Made by a program: the position numbers and the translations under genes. The notes below the pieces were generated by a model, which was not told the DNA's origin, did not search any database, and was given only the letters and a program-made list of their open reading frames with translations. From Stegostoma tigrinum (lineage: Eukaryota), in NCBI RefSeq assembly GCF_030684315.1, contig NC_081364.1:12925286-12989285 (forward strand): a DNA stretch of 64,000 bases, in the 5' to 3' direction. Positions within the stretch are counted from its first letter, which is position 1. The number at the start of each line of letters is the position of its first letter. Of the stretch, positions 59,350-64,000 are shown piece by piece.

Positions 59350-61515
59350 TTGACTTTCAGTTGCCCTCCGAAATGGCCTGGCAAGCCATTCAGTTTTACC
59401 AATTGCTACAAAGTCCCAAAGAAACGAAATTGCATGAATCACCTAGCACTGGAAAAGGCAATGGCAGAAACAGCCCTGTCGACCCTGCACAGTCCTCCTT
59501 GCTAACATCTGGGGGCTAATGCCAAAATTAGGAGAGCTGCCTCTCAGCCTAATCAAGTAACAGAATGACATTGTCATTCTCACAGAATCATACTTTACAG
59601 ACAATGTCCCAGATACCACCATCACCATCCCTGGATATGTCCTGTCCCATCAGAACAGGCCCAGCGGAGGTGGTGGCACAGTGGTATACAGTCGGGAGGG
59701 GATAGCTCTGAGAGTTCTCAACATTGACTCTGGACCCCGTGAGGCCTTATGGCTTCAGGTTAAACATGGGCAAGGAAATGTCCTGCTGATTAGTATGTAC
59801 CATCCTCCCTCAGCTGATGAATTGGCACTCCTCCATGTTGAGCAACACTTAGAAGAAGCACTGAGGATGGCAAGGGCAAAAAATATACTCTGGGTGGGTG
59901 ATTTCAATGTCCACCACCAAGAACGGTTTGACAGCAGCACTACTGATCGAGTTGGTTGGGTCTTAAAGGACATTGCTGCTAGACTGGATCTGTGGCAGGA
60001 TGGAAGAGCCCAACACATCAGTGCCAAAGGGAAGGCTGAAGCTTTAGCAGCAATCTTCAGCCAGAACCACCGAGTAGATGATCCATCTTGACATTGTCCA
60101 GTGATCCCCAGCATTACAGATACCAGTCTTCAGCTAATACAGTTCAGTCCACGTTGTATCAAGAAACAGTTGAAGACACTGGACACAGCAAAGGCTATGA
60201 ACATAAGAACTAGAAGCAGGAGTAGGCCATGTGGCCCCTCAAGCCTGCCCTGCCATTCAATAAGATCGTGGCTGATCTTTGAGACTCAGCCTCACTTGCC
60301 TGCCCGCTCACCATAACACTTAATTCCTTTGCTTTTCAAAAATTTGTTTAGCTTTCCCTTAAAAACATTCAGTGAGGTAGCTTCAACCGCTTCACTGGGC
60401 ATCCACTGATTCACAACCCTTTGGGTGAAAAAGTTCCTCCTGACCTCAGTCGGACATCGGTTTATTTTGAGGCTATGCCCTCTAGCCCTAGTTTCACCTG
60501 CTAGCAGAAACAACCCCCCCGCCTCCATTTTATCTATTCCCTTCATAATCTTATATGTTTCTATAAGATCTCCCCGCATTCTTCTGAATTCCAATGAATA
60601 TAATCCCAGTCTACTCAGTCTCTCCTCATAATCCAACCCTCTCAACTCTGAAATCAACTGAGTGTATCTCCTCTGCACCCCCTCCAGTACTAGTATAATC
60701 CCTTCTCAAGTAAGGAGACCAAAACTGCACACAGTCCTCCAGGTGTGGCCTCACCAGGACCCTATACAGCTGCAGCATAGCCTCCCTGTTTTTAAACTCC
60801 ATCCCTTGAGCAATGGCAGACAGAATTCCGTTTGCCTTTTTAATCACCTGCTGTACCTGCAATCCTGCCTTCAGCACAAGGACACCCAAGCCCCTCTGCA
60901 CAGCAGCGTGCTGCAATCTTTTTTTACCATTTAAAAGATAGTCCATTTTGCTGTTATTCCTGCCAAAATGGATAACCTCACACATATCAACATTGTATTC
61001 CATCTGCCAGACCTTTACCCACTCACTTAAACTATCTATAGCCCTCTGTAGACTTTCAGTGTCTTATGCACACTTTGCTCTACCAGTCAGGACAAAGCAG
61101 CCCATTTGATTGGCATCACATCCACAAACATTCACTCCATCTACCATCGATGGTAGCAGGAATGTGTACTATCTTCAAGATGCACTGCAGAAATCTGCCA
61201 AAGATCCTCAAACAGCACCTTCCAAACCCACAAACACTTCCATCTAGAAGATCAAGGGCAGCAGATACATAGGATCACCACTACCTGCAAATTCTCTTTC
61301 AAGCCATTCACCATCCTGACTTGGAAATGTATTGAGTTTCCTTCAGAGTTGCTGAGTGTCCTGGAATTCCCTCCCTAAGGGCATTCTGGGTCAACCCACT
61401 ACAGATGGATTGCAGCAGATCTAGAAGGCAGCTAACCACCAATTTCTCTAGGGCAACTGGGGACAAACAATAGATGCTGGCCCAGCCAGCAACACCTGGA
61501 GCCTTCAAATGAATT
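59350..61515 (+). mobile_element. Internally deleted APE-type LINE (CR1/L2-related) interrupted by an antisense CR1
   Basis: APE endonuclease motifs YHPPS, WVGDFNVHH in ORF 59681-60091; resumes at about 61085 and ends in the same tail as the 625-985 SINE. Confidence 0.75.
60200..61082 (-). mobile_element. CR1 LINE fragment
   Basis: LYRVLVRPHLEDCVQFWSPY; YEERLSRLGLYSLEFRRMRGDLIE. Confidence 0.88.
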
Positions 61516-63872
61516 TATTAAAGAAAATTAAAAGAAGATAGGAAGACAGGTACTGGGCCTGAGAGTTGGGCGCTGGATAGTCACAACCTCTCGTAGATAT
61601 TGACTCTCTGCAGAGCACAAACACCCGGGTTCTGTCGTAACAAGACTTAAGCCTTCTGTTCCCTGTGTTAGCTGAATACCTGTTGGCACCAAATATTGAT
61701 TTCAACCTGACCCAGTGGTCCACTGATATTCTTTTCTCACTTCTGTAATCATTGCCCCAAACTCCCTCTTCCCAACCTGACACTGCACTGTGCTAATCTT
61801 GCTTACCTACACCAGCTGCAAACCTCTCAATTTAAAAATGATCTTCCTTGTGTTCTTATCTCTCTATTGCCTCAACCCTGCCACCTCTATATCCTCCAGA
61901 TCGACAAACCATAGAAATCTCTTCAGTCCCCTCGTTTTAAATTTTCTGATTGTAACTGCTGGATGTGCTTTCTGCTACCAAGACCCTAAACTCTGGATTC
62001 CCTCCCGAAACATTTGCACCTCTTTAGCTTGTTTTCCATCTTGAGGATACACCTTAAAACCAAATTATTTGACCAAAAGTTGGGTCATCTATCTTGCTAT
62101 CTTCTGCCAGGGCTCAATGTCGAAAACATTTACTTATAATGGTTATGTAGTGTTTTGAGATATTTTCCTCCGATGGAGAGATTGTGTAAGTGTGAGTAGA
62201 TACTATTGATTTTGTTGTCACCTAGCTTCAAGCAGACCTGCATTCAGGTCACAGCTTAAGTCTGCACTGTCAATGAAAGATTCACAAGTTTTTATTTTGT
62301 GTTGGACTTGTGCTTTGTGTTCAGGATGCTGAAAGCTTTAAATGAAAATAGCTTCACTTTAGAATTCATTAAGTAATTTAAAAATGGTCAGGAATTATAG
62401 CTTTGCGTGCAATACCTGAACAGCTTTGCAGTATGCATCAGAGAGGTGGTGAATTACAACTGTACTGAAAAGATTAAAAATATAGTAACTTGTAACCATG
62501 CCAACCACTGAAGCATCATCACTCTTGGGTATTATGTTTCTTTAGTTGCTATGTGCATTTGTTTCCAAGGCTAGATTTCAGCGTATGCACCACATTCTGT
62601 TGGATTATATTTGAATAATTCAACTGTGCTATTTCTGCAAAAAACATCTATTTATTGTGCTGTTTATGTAATAAAATACCCTGAAGTGCTTCACAGCAAT
62701 AAGCAAAAGCACTTAGAAACCAAGCAATCAATAGGAGAAGGGTCAGGAATGCTGGCCAGTAGGAAGAGACTTGTTTTAAGGAGCAACATGACAGAGTGGG
62801 AGAAAGGTAAGAACGTTAGATGTAGGAGCAGAAACAGGCCATTCAGCCCATTGAATCTGCTCTGCCATTCAATGAGATCATGGCTGATCTGATAATTCTC
62901 AACTCCACTATCCTGCCTATTCCGCTTAACCTTGCAAATAGTTCTGTGTTTTGTTAGTTGAGTCCATTTGCAACATTCCCTTGCAGATTAAAATATCTGT
63001 CTATCTCAGCTTTGCATATACATAATGACTCCGCCTCAACAGCCTTCTATGGCAAAGAATTCCACCAATTCACTACGCTTAGAAGATCATAACTCTCAAA
63101 AAGGAGAAGGAGGAAATAGCCAGATAGTCATCCCACCTCTGGTTGGGTATATTCCTGGAGGTTTCATCATGGGATCTGTAGCCTCAAAGTGACCCATTCA
63201 GGCAATGAGCCATTTGTTTCCCCATACACAGTAATCTTATAACTGATTAATAACAGAATTCAAATAAAAAGAAAATGCCAAATTTATATTTCTCTTGGTT
63301 TGCTCACAGGATCCCTGGAGCCTCTATGGTAATCCTGATAATTTATAATTTATTTACATTATGTGACACGTTCCAATCCCCAAAGTATCTGTCTTCATCT
63401 CTAGCTTACTGAGATAAGGACTGAGTTAGAATCATTATCTCATTTATTCTGTATAAAATAACTCCAAGAAGGCAGACTGTCCTGTCACCAATTCTTTACA
63501 TGAGCACAGTAAATGGACTCTGACTACCTTGGTCAGAGTCAATCCATAGAGTGAGGAGACTCTCTGAGACTCCTGTTTATTTATTTATTTTGTTTGTACG
63601 CACAGTACACTGCCTGTGGCCAGTCAGCTTGGAGTTAGTCCCTGAAGTTAGGAGACTCTCTTAATTCATTGTTTTCATTTTCTTTTCTTCTCTTTTTCCT
63701 ACACTGGCACTGCACCCAAAGGGATCTCAGTAGTCATGCTTATATTTTCCCTAACACTCCTGTTTTTATCTGTCAGCCAGGGGTCCCTGATCAGCCCATG
63801 TTAACAACCCAAATCTGGGATCTCATACTCTGAGATTCACCTGGTCCTAAGTCCAGTCACTACATTGTACCC

Positions 63873-63942
63873 GAAACATCAGCTTTCCTGCTCCTCTGAT
63901 GCTGCCTGGCCTGCTGTGTTCATCCAGCTCTACACCTTGTTG
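63873..63942 (+). mobile_element. 70-bp Penelope-derived fragment with 13-bp TSD
   Basis: gaaacatcagctttcctgctcc...ctacaccttgttg flanked by ctacattgtaccc at 63860-63872 and 63943-63955. Confidence 0.7.
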
Positions 63943-64000
63943 CTACATTGTACCCATAGCCTTTTAGCAGAACTGCCTGTTGCCACTGACTGAATTCTAC

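Overview
Repeat-rich vertebrate genomic DNA, very probably from a shark (inferred from HE1-like V-SINEs, a Deu-domain SINE, many CR1 LINEs and Penelope-like elements). The window holds a complete minus-strand TRAIP gene (RING E3 ligase): 15 coding exons at 52904->16978, read by hand as 1365 nt/454 aa with a C-terminal PIP box, plus a likely non-coding first exon and CRE/ETS/CHR promoter near 57.3 kb. Downstream on the same strand is the 5' end of a UBA1/UBA7-family E1 gene (MDPNESSTEIDEGLYSRQL, probably UBA7 by synteny), with IRF/NF-kB-like motif clusters upstream. Points of note: (1) the last TRAIP intron looks U12-type and separates the PIP-box exon from the rest; (2) many short Penelope-derived elements carry minimal hammerhead ribozyme motifs; (3) one palindromic element at 47.2-48.6 kb holds inverted copies of both of its flanks; (4) the E1 exon matches the geometry of the UBA1 Met41 exon. 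Most ORFs in the supplied track are transposon fragments or repeat artefacts. Repeat boundaries are approximate.
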